DNA of 64,000 nucleotides from Candidatus Krumholzibacteriota bacterium (GCA_022711765.1 JAKLEB010000002.1:422368-486367), one strand, 5' to 3'. Shown: positions 20,447 to 29,853, numbered from the stretch's first letter. The notes: generated from the sequence alone by a model not told the origin. Numbers and translations are program-made.

Positions 20447-20675
20447 CCCATCGTTCCGTCGGCCGCGCCCGGGGCGGCGCGCCGGCGTTGGTCGCCAGGT
20501 TACGCAGGGAACGCGAATCGAGCAAACGGCTCACGGGTCCGGCGCCGTCGGCCGCGATGGCGGCGTCCGGTGGGCGAAGCTATCCTCGGCGGGCGCGGGA
20601 TCGCCGCGCGGCCGTTCGAGGTGACGTTGCGCTGTCGTCGAGGCCCGAACCTCGCCAACCCCGAGAGTCCGATCC

Positions 20676-23228
20676 ATGCTTCGCTTCCCGGTCGGTTGCC
20701 TGGCGTTCGCGGCCCTGTGCGGATCGGTGTCGCCGCCCGGCGCGCCCGGCCGGGAGCCGCTGCCCTCGCCGGCGGATTCGGTCGTGGTGCGGCCGATCGC
20801 GGATCGGTACGCCGCGGGCTGGCTGCACCGCGCGCTGTTCGGCAGCGACTATCGCGACCTCTGGACGGCGCCGATCGCGGTGCCGGTCCTCGACCTCGCG
20901 ACCTTCGGCGGCGGCGTCGTGCCCATCTCGCGCGGGGGCGGTCAGCAGACGACGTCCCTGCGACTGCGCGCGGCCGACGGCCAGGAGTACTACTTCCGTT
21001 CGATCGACAAGAATCCAGCCGCGGGCTTGCCGCCGGAGCTGGTCGACACCGTCGTCGCCTCGGTGGTCCAGGATCAGACGTGCGCGACGTTTCCAGCCGG
21101 AGCCCTGCTGGTGGCTCCCCTGCTCGCGGCGGCCGGCGTGCTGCATGGCGAGCCGCGCCTGTACGTCCTGCCGGACGACGAACGCCTCGGCGAGTTTCGC
21201 GACCTGGCCGGACTCGCCGGGATCCTCGAGCCGCGCATCGCGGACGGATGGGGCGGCGCGACCGAGGTCATCGGCGGCGACGAGCTGCTCCGCCGCCTGG
21301 CGGCGAGTCCCGACGACCGGGTCGACGCGCGGGCGTTCCTGAAGGCGCGCCTGCTGGACATCCTGGTCGGCGACTGGGACCGTCACCGCGACCAGTGGTC
21401 GTGGGCCCGGTTCGGGGACGAGCGCCCCCGTCGGTGGCTGCCGGTCCCGCGCGACCGCGACTTCGCCCTGGTCCACTACGAGGGGCTGGTGCTCGCGGCG
21501 GCGCGCATCCGCTTGCCCCAGCTGATCAGGTTCGAAGCCGAGTATCCGGACGTGCTGGGGCTGACCTGGAACGGCCGCGAGCTCGACCGCCGGCTCCTGG
21601 CCGGGGCGGACGCGGCGACCTGGAACGCCGTCGTGGCCGAGGTCCAGGCGGCGATCACCGACGAGGTCATCGCGGACGCCGTGCGCCGGCTGCCGCTGCC
21701 GTTCCAGGCGCTTCGCGGGGCCCGCCTGGCCGACGCGCTCGAGCGGCGGCGCGACGCTCTCGGCGCCGTGGCGCGGCAGTTCTACGCGATGCTGTCCGCC
21801 GAGGCCGAGATCCACGCGACCGACGTCGACGAGACCGCCGTCGTCACCGTGATCGACCGGCGGACCGTCGCCGTCCAGCTCTTCCGGGCCGGCGAACCTG
21901 GCGCGGCGCGCGGCATCCCGTACTTCGCACGGCGGTTCTCCCGCGACGACTCGCGGGAGGTCCGGCTCTTCCTGGGCGGCGGGCAGGATACCGTCCGGGT
22001 CGAAGGCCGGTCGCGACCGGACCTCGAGCTGCGGGTGATCGGCGGCGCCGGCGCGGACGTCGTGCTGGACCCGGGCGCGCTCGGCGGCCTGCGGATGTAC
22101 GACGAGGACCCGGGCACGGTCGTGACCGGCGGGGCGCCGCTGGACAGCCGGCCCTACTCGCCGCCGCCGAAACGCCACGCCAACGAGATCCCGCCCCGCG
22201 ACTGGGGCCACGCCTGGCAGCCGGCGGGTCTGCTCGCCGCGGGGCCGGACATCGGCGTCCTCTTCGGCGTCGGTCGGACCTACACGACGTACGGGTTCCG
22301 CAAGCACCCTTACGCGAGCGAGCAACGGCTCCGGCTCGGGTTCGCGACCGAGCCGGCGACCTTCCGGGCTGACTATCGCCTCCGGCTGCGGCGCGCCCAT
22401 TCGTCCCGGGTGACCCAGCTCGCGCTGCGGGCCTCCGGCTTCGAGGTCCTCCGCTTCCATGGCTTCGGGAACGAGGCGCCCGCGACCGGCGACGAGCGGT
22501 ACTACCGCGTCACCCACGAGCACTACGGGATGTGGTTGTCGGTCGTGGCGCCGCTCGGGCGTCTCGGCGAGATGACGGCCGGTCCGGTCGCCCGGTACCT
22601 GACGACCGACGATCGGCCCGACCGCTTCCTGGCGACGCTCGACCCCTACGGAGCGGGCCGGTTCGGGCAGATCGGCGCCCGGCTGGACGTCTCGCTGGGC
22701 GGCGCCGGCCGATCCGACGCCGCCTGGCCGAAATTGCGGGTCGACGTCGGGGGCAGCGTCTATCCACCGTGGTGGGACGTCTCGCGCAGCTACGGCGAGG
22801 TCCACGCCGAGGCCGCCGGAACGCTCCCCTTCACGGCGCCCCTCGATCCCGCATTGCGCCTGCGGGCCGGCGGCAAGATCCTCTGGGGTCCGTATCCCTT
22901 CTTCGACGCCGCGTTCATCGGCGACCAGGGCACCGTCCGCCTCGGCCGCCAGAACCGGTACGCGGGCGACGCGTCGAGCTACGGATCCGGCGAGCTGCGC
23001 CTCACGCTCGGCCGGGTGTTCCTGGGCGCGCCGTCGGACGTCGGGGTCTTCGGCCTGGTGGATACGGGACGCGTCTATCTCGAGGGCGAACGATCGCGAC
23101 GCTGGCACACCGCGACCGGCGGCGGCGTGTGGGTCGCGATCCTGGACCGCGCCAACACCATCAGCCTCGCCCTGGCCGGCAGCGAGGAGCGCACGGTCCT
23201 TTACTTCCAGGGCGGTTTCGGTTTCTGA
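20676..23228 (+). CDS. Outer-membrane Omp85/TamA-type barrel with N-terminal atypical kinase-like domain
   Basis: Signal-like N-terminus; SRGGGQQTTSLRL..YYFRSIDK, GDWDRHRDQW, PRDRDFAL; C-terminal strands RNRYAGD, VGVFGLVDTGRVY, LYFQGGFGF. Confidence 0.7.
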   Translation: MLRFPVGCLAFAALCGSVSPPGAPGREPLPSPADSVVVRPIADRYAAGWLHRALFGSDYRDLWTAPIAVPVLDLATFGGGVVPISRGGGQQTTSLRLRAADGQEYYFRSIDKNPAAGLPPELVDTVVASVVQDQTCATFPAGALLVAPLLAAAGVLHGEPRLYVLPDDERLGEFRDLAGLAGILEPRIADGWGGATEVIGGDELLRRLAASPDDRVDARAFLKARLLDILVGDWDRHRDQWSWARFGDERPRRWLPVPRDRDFALVHYEGLVLAAARIRLPQLIRFEAEYPDVLGLTWNGRELDRRLLAGADAATWNAVVAEVQAAITDEVIADAVRRLPLPFQALRGARLADALERRRDALGAVARQFYAMLSAEAEIHATDVDETAVVTVIDRRTVAVQLFRAGEPGAARGIPYFARRFSRDDSREVRLFLGGGQDTVRVEGRSRPDLELRVIGGAGADVVLDPGALGGLRMYDEDPGTVVTGGAPLDSRPYSPPPKRHANEIPPRDWGHAWQPAGLLAAGPDIGVLFGVGRTYTTYGFRKHPYASEQRLRLGFATEPATFRADYRLRLRRAHSSRVTQLALRASGFEVLRFHGFGNEAPATGDERYYRVTHEHYGMWLSVVAPLGRLGEMTAGPVARYLTTDDRPDRFLATLDPYGAGRFGQIGARLDVSLGGAGRSDAAWPKLRVDVGGSVYPPWWDVSRSYGEVHAEAAGTLPFTAPLDPALRLRAGGKILWGPYPFFDAAFIGDQGTVRLGRQNRYAGDASSYGSGELRLTLGRVFLGAPSDVGVFGLVDTGRVYLEGERSRRWHTATGGGVWVAILDRANTISLALAGSEERTVLYFQGGFGF

Positions 23229-23263
23229 TGGCATCCGGAGATCCCGCCCGGGCAGGAGTCGTC

Positions 23264-24118
23264 ATGTCGCGAACGCCGCAGCCGCGCCTGCTGGCCGCCG
23301 TCCTCGTCGCGGTCCTGGCCCTCGCCGACGCGCCGGGCGCGCGCGCCGATGGCCACCTCGAGGCCGGGGAGGTGGCTGCCCTGGCGGCCGCGCCGGCCGC
23401 GCTGCTCTGGCTCGGCTCGGCGATCCACGGGTCCCAGGCCGATCGGCCGCCCCGCTGGACCGAGCCTCCGGGCATCGATCGGTGGGCAGCCGTCCACCTG
23501 GCGCCAGCGCCGCGCGCGACGCCGGCGAACTTCATGGACTCGGACCTGGCCGGCGCGATCGACGTCGTCGCCATGGGCGCCGCGGTCGGCTGGCTGGACG
23601 CGACCTATCCGTGGGACGATCCCGGTCGCGACTTCCTGCAGGGTCAACTCGTGTACTGGTCGGGCTACGGCAGCATGGTGGGTGTGCAGGAGGGAGTGAA
23701 GTCCCTGGTCGGGCGCCAGCGGCCGCTGTGGCGCCAGGCGCCCGAGGTCGCCGCCCTTCGTCGCGACGTCTCGCCGAGCCACCACCGCCAGTCGTTCTGG
23801 TCGGGACACGCCGCGGGCGCGTTCTACGGGGCGACCTTCCTGAACCTCCGCCTGCGCGCGGTGATGCGCGGGGAGCTGTCGGCCGGACAGTGGAAGTCCT
23901 GGAACTGGGTGCCGCCGGCGGTGCTCTTCACGTGGGCGTCGTGGGTCGGCTACAGCCGGATCCACGCTCACCAGCATTACCTGACCGACGTGCTCGTTGG
24001 CGCGGGGGTCGGGGCGGCCGCCGCGGCGCTCTTCGCGTCCTTCGACGACGGACGCGAGGATTCCCGCAGGTCCAGCCCGCAGCCCGTGCCGCTCGTCACA
24101 TTCGCGCTTCCTTTCTGA
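23264..24118 (+). CDS. PAP2-family phosphatase with signal peptide
   Basis: KSLVGRQRP, SFWSGH, SRIHAHQHYLTDV (PAP2 motifs C1-C3); CAGGAG RBS; alternative start 23228. Confidence 0.85.
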   Translation: MSRTPQPRLLAAVLVAVLALADAPGARADGHLEAGEVAALAAAPAALLWLGSAIHGSQADRPPRWTEPPGIDRWAAVHLAPAPRATPANFMDSDLAGAIDVVAMGAAVGWLDATYPWDDPGRDFLQGQLVYWSGYGSMVGVQEGVKSLVGRQRPLWRQAPEVAALRRDVSPSHHRQSFWSGHAAGAFYGATFLNLRLRAVMRGELSAGQWKSWNWVPPAVLFTWASWVGYSRIHAHQHYLTDVLVGAGVGAAAAALFASFDDGREDSRRSSPQPVPLVTFALPF

Positions 24119-25505
24119 GATCGCCGGCGATCTCGACGGCCTCGACCCGCCGGGCGCGTCTCATGGCGTGGTGGCGGCGCCCGACCGCCACGGACAGCGC
24201 GAGCCAGACGGCGACGAACGCGGCGTTTACCACCGCGAACGCTTGGGTCGAGAGCCCGACGGCCGTCCCGCCCACGACGACGCCGGCCGATGCCACGTCG
24301 CCGGCGCGCACGAAGAAGGTGTCGACGGCCTGCTTCCCCTTGTACTTGATCTCCGCCGGCGTCGGCAGGAACAGCGCGTGGCGCACCGTGTTCTGCAGCG
24401 AGTAGTCGGTCGCGTTCTCGACGGCCTTCACCAGGCGGATCAGCAGCAGGGCGGGGGCGGCCGCGAGCACCGCGTAGCCGGCCAGCGCGAGGACCGGCAG
24501 CACGAGGATGGCGCCCCGGACGCCGAGCCAGCCGATGGCCCGCGAGACGACGAAGAACTGCAGCGCGGCGGCGAGCACGTTGACCAGGGTGAAGTAGTGG
24601 GCGTAGAACGAGCCGACGAAGGCGTTGAGCTCCGCCTCCGTGCCCGCCGGGACCGCGACCGCCGCCGCCTGGCGGACTGTCCGGCCGAGGATGTACTCGC
24701 CCGTGGAGTTCACGAGGTTCAACACCAGCAGCATCAGGCCGATCAGCAGCAGGTAGCGGCTGCGCAGGACGAGGGCGAAGCCGGAGCGCGCGCTCTCGTC
24801 GTGCAGAGGCCGCAGCCGTCGGTTCGCCGCGACCGCCGCGAGCCGCGCCCGCTCGCGCCGCTGCACGACCGCGGTGATCGCGACGCTGGCCAGCAAGGCC
24901 ACGGCCGCGATCAGCATCAGCTCGTGCACGCCGATCCCGGCATCGAGCAGCCAGCCCGCGAACCAGGCGCCGGCGATGGCCCCGACCGAGCTGCCGATCG
25001 CGATCAGGGCGAACAGCCGCTTGCCCTGCTCGGGGGTGTAGAGGTCGTTCGCGAAGGACCAGAGCTGGGAGATCACCATCAGGCTGAAGATCCCCACCCA
25101 GATGAAGAACGGGACGCCGAGGTACGGCACGTCGAGCCGCGCCAGCGCGTAGAAGAGCGCGATGTTGCCGACGAAGAAGAGCCCGATGCGGTTGATCAGG
25201 CGCACGCGGCCGACGCGATTCACGAGCGCGCTGTACGTCGGGACGATCAACAGCAGCAGGAGCGTCTGCACCGCCGACGCGTAGCTCTTCACCTCGGCGC
25301 CGCCGCTGACGAGGACGAGCGGCTCCCGCACGGTCTTCAGGAGGTAGTAGGACGTCAACAGCAGGAACAGGGCCGCCATGAGCAGGAGCACGGTGCCGCC
25401 CTCGCCCGGCTCCACGCGCGCGAACGGGCGCAGGACGAGCGCGAGGCGATCCGGTCTCGCCCGGCCGGCGCCCGGGTCCGGTCGCGTGCCCCTGTCGATC
25501 GTCAT
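24096..25505 (-). CDS. TLC/Npt family NTP/NDP exchange transporter
   Basis: SYYLLKTVREPL, WSFANDLYTPEQGKRLF, DYSLQNTVRHALFLP, KYKGKQAVDTFFVRAGD; ~12 TM. Confidence 0.85.
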   Translation of the reverse strand: MTIDRGTRPDPGAGRARPDRLALVLRPFARVEPGEGGTVLLLMAALFLLLTSYYLLKTVREPLVLVSGGAEVKSYASAVQTLLLLLIVPTYSALVNRVGRVRLINRIGLFFVGNIALFYALARLDVPYLGVPFFIWVGIFSLMVISQLWSFANDLYTPEQGKRLFALIAIGSSVGAIAGAWFAGWLLDAGIGVHELMLIAAVALLASVAITAVVQRRERARLAAVAANRRLRPLHDESARSGFALVLRSRYLLLIGLMLLVLNLVNSTGEYILGRTVRQAAAVAVPAGTEAELNAFVGSFYAHYFTLVNVLAAALQFFVVSRAIGWLGVRGAILVLPVLALAGYAVLAAAPALLLIRLVKAVENATDYSLQNTVRHALFLPTPAEIKYKGKQAVDTFFVRAGDVASAGVVVGGTAVGLSTQAFAVVNAAFVAVWLALSVAVGRRHHAMRRARRVEAVEIAGDLRKEARM

Positions 25506-25680
25506 GGGTCCCCCTGGTCGCCGATCGTCGCCGTTTCCGGCAGGGTAGCCGCCCGCGTCCCTGGCCGCCCGCATAGCGGATAATATTTATCTGAATATCT
25601 TTTCCGGCAATTCCCATCATCCCCGCGTCAGCCGGAACGCCAGCCGGCGACCCGGATCGACCCTGGCCAGGAGGATCCCC

Positions 25681-26253
25681 ATGCGCATTTCGAGAACGGT
25701 GACTCTGCTGCTCGCCGCCGCCGCCGCCGCCGCCGCGACCGCCCAGGCTGCGCCGGACGGTGCGATCGGCGGGCGGATCGCGCTCAGCCGCCTCGTCCCG
25801 GACATCGTCATCCCCGCCGAATGGGGTGGCATCTGGGACGTCACCAGCACGACCTACGACTGCGAGACGAACGCCGTGACCGGTTCCGACGCCTACGCCG
25901 ACACGCTCTGCGCCGGCACCGTCCTCGATTTCGGCGACCCCGGCTTCGAGATCACCTGCACCGGCTCCGCCGACGGCAACACCATCACGTCCCATTGCAC
26001 GGGCTCGCTCGCGCTGAGCGACGACTGCACGATGAATTTCGACCTGCAGTCCACGACGACGCGCACCGGCGACACCTACGAGTCCGTCTCGACCATCAAC
26101 ACGACCTACGACGGCGCGGAGTGCGAATTCCTGCCCGATTCCTGCGACCGCGTGGAGACCACGGGCACGCGGACCGCGCCCGAGCCGGTCCCGTGCGGCA
26201 ACACGCCCGTCGAGACGGTCAGCTGGGGAACGGTCAAATCCCTGTACCGCTGA
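25681..26253 (+). CDS. Secreted Cys-rich protein with C-terminal TPVETVSWGTVKSLYR motif
   Basis: AGGAGG RBS, Ala-rich signal peptide, 8 Cys, Thr-rich beta content. Confidence 0.75.
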   Translation: MRISRTVTLLLAAAAAAAATAQAAPDGAIGGRIALSRLVPDIVIPAEWGGIWDVTSTTYDCETNAVTGSDAYADTLCAGTVLDFGDPGFEITCTGSADGNTITSHCTGSLALSDDCTMNFDLQSTTTRTGDTYESVSTINTTYDGAECEFLPDSCDRVETTGTRTAPEPVPCGNTPVETVSWGTVKSLYR

Positions 26254-26274
26254 TCCGGAGCGATCTCGTGGCGC

Positions 26275-26302
26275 GGGCCGTCTCCCACCAGGGAGGCGGC
26301 CC
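26275..26302. terminator. Hairpin between convergent genes
   Basis: GGGCCGTCTCCC-ACCA-GGGAGGCGGCCC, 12 bp with one wobble. Confidence 0.6.
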
Positions 26303-26352
26303 GGCATTCAGTCAGGTGGGCGGCCGCCGGCGCGCGCGCCGGCCCGGCGGCG

Positions 26353-28071
26353 TCACCGCACCAGCACCAGCTTCACCTGCCGGCTCGTCCCTCCGCCGCT
26401 CAGCCGCGCCAGGTACACCCCGCTCGGCATCTCGCGGCCGGCCTGATCGCGTCCGTCCCACGTCGCCGAGTGCCGGCCGATCGCGAGGACGCCCGACTGC
26501 AGCCGCCGCACGCAGCGCCCCCGCACGTCCAGGACCTCGAGGTCGACCGCGAGCGGGCGCGCCACCGAGAACGCGAGCCGCGTCAGGGGGTTGAACGGAT
26601 TCGGCCACGCCGGAGCCAGGGCGATGGGCGCCGCGGCGACCGGGCCGGCCGGCGCCGCCGTGACGTCCAGGTACTGGACCGCGGCCAGCGCGTCGAGGAT
26701 TCCCCAGCCGTAGTCGTTGTCCGGCGCGCCCGCGTGGTCGGCCGTGCTGCGCAGGGCCTCGCGCAGCCGGAAGGGGCTGGTTCCGGGATGGGCGCACAGC
26801 ACGAGCGCGCCGACGCCCGCGGCGAGCGGGCACGAGAAGCTGGTGCCCGACGCGTTCCCGTACTCGCTGAGCGACCCCGGCAACACGACGTGGTTGTTCA
26901 CGCCCAGGGCGCTGACGTCCGGCTTGATGCGGCCATCGGCCGTCGGGCCCGGCGAGCTGAAGTAGGCGATGTTACCCGAGAGGTCGACCGCGCCGACGGC
27001 GATCACGCTGTCCCCGTCGGCCGGCGCGGCGATCGTGCCGGTCGACTGGCGGTAGTTGCCGGCGCTGTTGAACACGGCGACGCCGAGAGCCGCGGCCTGG
27101 TCGGCGGCGATGGTGGTCGTGCAGGTGTTGCCGTCGAAGTCCGCGAACGTGTACCAGTCGTCGTACGCGAGGCTCGAGCTCACGAGGTCGCAGCCGTTGG
27201 CCTCGAGCCATTCGAGGCCCTCGACCCAGAAGTCCTCCTCCGCGGGCACCTCCTGGCCGATGTCCTCGGTCTTGGCGAGGTAGAAGGCCGCGGCGTAGGC
27301 GGGCCCGATGAGCGAGCCGGGCGCGTAGCCGCCGATCGTCGAGAGCGTCATCGTGCCGTGGTTGTCCTGGCCGCTGGGGTCGCCCGGCTCGTCGACCACG
27401 ACCGGGTCGTCGTTGACGAAATCCCAGGCGCCCCGCAGATCGAGGCTGGCGAAGGCCAGGTGGCTGGTGTCGAACCCCGAATCGAGCATGCCGATCACCA
27501 CGCCCTCGCCGTGGAACCCCAGGTCGTGGACGGGCGGGACGTTGACCTGCGCGAGCTCCGGCAGGCTCTCGCCGTACTCGAGGCGATCGGCACGGGGGCT
27601 CGCGGGCGCCGCGGGCTCGAGGACCGGGAGCGGCTCGCGCGGCGCGGCGCCCCTGACCGGCTCGAGCCGCGCGACGAACGGAAGGGCGGCCACGCGCGCC
27701 AGCTCGTCGGCGCCGAGGATCACGCTCGCCGCCGCGAGCCAGCGGCTCTCGGCGCGGATCTCGAGGCCGAGCGCGCGCAGCCCGGCGAGGTAGTCCGGGT
27801 CGTTCGGCAGGTCGATCGCGGTGACGAGCGGCAGGTCGCCCCGCGCACGCGCGCGACGCTCGAGCGACCGTTCGCTCAGCCGCTCGCCCGCAGCGACGAG
27901 GGCGGCGGGATCGCGCTCGAGGTCGCCCTTGTCGGCGAAGAAGACCCAGACCGGCCGCGGCCCCGATTCGAGAAGGGCCGGCAGTTCCTCCGCCACGTTG
28001 GCCGCGCGGGTCGCCGCGGCCGCCAGGCCGACCAGGGAGACCAGACCCAGCGCGCCGAAGATCCTCTGCAT
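26353..28071 (-). CDS. Secreted S8 (subtilisin-like) peptidase with FlgD-Ig/T9SS-like C-terminal domain
   Basis: Triad motifs MLDSGF, DNHGTMT, GTSFSCP; AWPNPFNP..WDGRDQAGREMPSGVYLARL. Confidence 0.9.
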   Translation of the reverse strand: MQRIFGALGLVSLVGLAAAATRAANVAEELPALLESGPRPVWVFFADKGDLERDPAALVAAGERLSERSLERRARARGDLPLVTAIDLPNDPDYLAGLRALGLEIRAESRWLAAASVILGADELARVAALPFVARLEPVRGAAPREPLPVLEPAAPASPRADRLEYGESLPELAQVNVPPVHDLGFHGEGVVIGMLDSGFDTSHLAFASLDLRGAWDFVNDDPVVVDEPGDPSGQDNHGTMTLSTIGGYAPGSLIGPAYAAAFYLAKTEDIGQEVPAEEDFWVEGLEWLEANGCDLVSSSLAYDDWYTFADFDGNTCTTTIAADQAAALGVAVFNSAGNYRQSTGTIAAPADGDSVIAVGAVDLSGNIAYFSSPGPTADGRIKPDVSALGVNNHVVLPGSLSEYGNASGTSFSCPLAAGVGALVLCAHPGTSPFRLREALRSTADHAGAPDNDYGWGILDALAAVQYLDVTAAPAGPVAAAPIALAPAWPNPFNPLTRLAFSVARPLAVDLEVLDVRGRCVRRLQSGVLAIGRHSATWDGRDQAGREMPSGVYLARLSGGGTSRQVKLVLVR

Positions 28072-28129
28072 GACATCCTCGTTTCGTTCGCCGGCCGGCC
28101 CCGCCGCCGTCGCTCCCGACGGTCCCGGG

Positions 28130-29686
28130 TCACCGCACCAGGCTCACCTTCCGCGTGATCTCGACCCTGCCGGCCCGCAGGCGCAGCAGGTACGTTCCGG
28201 CGGGCGCCGCCCGCCCCGCCGCGTCCCGGCCGTCCCAGACCGCAGGCTGCGGACCGCCGTCGCGCCATCCGCTCACGAGCCGCGCGACGAGCCGGCCCGC
28301 GAGGTCGTACACGCCGAGGTCGACCGGGCCGGCGCGCGCCAGCGAGAAGCTCACCGCGCACCCCGGACTGGCCGGATTCGGCGCGGGGTCGCCGAGCGCC
28401 GTCACGCCCGCAAGCGGCACCGCCGTCGGGGCCTCGACCAGGGGCCAGCTCGCGAACCCGCTCACGGGCCACGACACCTCCTGCTCCGCCTCGTTCACGA
28501 ACCGGAACCGCGATCCCCACTGGCCGACCTCGAGGACGACGAGGCTCACGGTGTAAGGGCGGCCCACGGTGAGGTCGCCCTCGCCCGCGGCGAGCGCGTG
28601 CACGGTCTCGCGGCCGCCGGGGTCGCGCAGCACGAGGGTGGCCGTGACCGGCGCGTCCGCCTCGGCGTCGCTGTAGGTCACGGTCCAGGCGACCGTGCCG
28701 CCGGGGCTCGCCACGGCGGGCTCGCAGCCGGCGGCGTCGAGCTGCGGTCGCAGGTTGAGCTCGCGGGGCTGCCAGGTGTCCGAGCCGAAGCCGGTCCCGC
28801 TGTCGTAGGCGATCCAGAAGTAACCGAAGAGGCCGAAACGCTCGCCCCAGCTGTTCTTGGCGAGCCAGGCCTGGCGCGCGTCGTCGTAGCCCACGATCGC
28901 GACCGAGTGGCCGCCGTCGGGCGGGCTCACGCCGTCCCAGACGTAGATGCCCTCGGCGTAGGCGTAGAAATCCGTGTAGACCTGGAAGTTCGTGACCAGC
29001 GGGCCGTCCTGCAGCGCCAGGTTGATCGCGTCCGGGTCGATCGCGCCGGCCGTGACCTGCGCGTAGTCGCCGAGGTAGACGAGCCGGCCCAGGACGTCGG
29101 GGCAGGCGGCGTCGCAGGGCACCGCGTGGTCGGCCTGGTAGGGGAAGCAGGCCTCGTCGCAGATCCCGTCGGTCGTGAGGAACGCGAGCGCGCGGTCGCA
29201 CCACCCGCCGAAGCAGCTGCCGGCCGTGATGCAGGAGAGGACCCACTGCTCGGAGAGGTCGAGGTCGTCCTGGCCAGGCTCGCCGCTCGTGATCATCAAC
29301 CACGATTCCATCGCCGCGACGGCCGAGAAGTCCCAGCACGAGCCGCAATCCTCCTGGTTGCGGATCGGCGTGACCCAGTCGCCGCCCAGGTCCCGCCAGT
29401 CCAGGAGCACGGGGAGGTCGCGCGCGAGGCCGCTTCGCTCGGGACCGCGCCAGCCGACGGGCGCGGGCGAGCCGTTGCGGCGGCTGCGCTCGCCGGGAGG
29501 GAGGCGGAAGATGGGGTTGTCGCCGGCCTGCCAGGGCAGATCGAGACGCTCGATGTTCGCCTGGATGCGGGCGAGCTCGGCGGCCTGCGCCGGGGTGAGC
29601 GGCGGGGCGGCGGCGGGCGCCGCAGCCGAAACCGCCAGGCAGGCGGCCAGCAGCAGGACGTGGCGGTCGATCGCGGTCAGACGCAT
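28130..29686 (-). CDS. Secreted C1A (papain-like) cysteine peptidase with FlgD-Ig C-terminal domain
   Basis: NQEDCGSCWDFS, GHSVAIVGYD, WLAKNSWG; PAPNPASP..WDGRDAAGRAAPAGTYLLRL. Confidence 0.9.
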   Translation of the reverse strand: MRLTAIDRHVLLLAACLAVSAAAPAAAPPLTPAQAAELARIQANIERLDLPWQAGDNPIFRLPPGERSRRNGSPAPVGWRGPERSGLARDLPVLLDWRDLGGDWVTPIRNQEDCGSCWDFSAVAAMESWLMITSGEPGQDDLDLSEQWVLSCITAGSCFGGWCDRALAFLTTDGICDEACFPYQADHAVPCDAACPDVLGRLVYLGDYAQVTAGAIDPDAINLALQDGPLVTNFQVYTDFYAYAEGIYVWDGVSPPDGGHSVAIVGYDDARQAWLAKNSWGERFGLFGYFWIAYDSGTGFGSDTWQPRELNLRPQLDAAGCEPAVASPGGTVAWTVTYSDAEADAPVTATLVLRDPGGRETVHALAAGEGDLTVGRPYTVSLVVLEVGQWGSRFRFVNEAEQEVSWPVSGFASWPLVEAPTAVPLAGVTALGDPAPNPASPGCAVSFSLARAGPVDLGVYDLAGRLVARLVSGWRDGGPQPAVWDGRDAAGRAAPAGTYLLRLRAGRVEITRKVSLVR

Positions 29687-29853
29687 CCAGCGACAACTCC
29701 CGGCGTCGAGTGGGAATTCGATGATACCACGAATCGGCGCGGGGATACTACCTCGGCCGCGGTCCGGTATGGTATCGTCGGCCAGGCGATCTGACACAGA
29801 CAGCACTCCGGAGGCCGACGAGAGACGGAGAGCGAGCCCAGGGAGGAATCGGG

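Noticed and set aside
16503-20534. Apparent 1343-aa kinase-transporter fusion
   Set aside because: Kinase is in another frame and stops at 18791; the transporter starts at 18794
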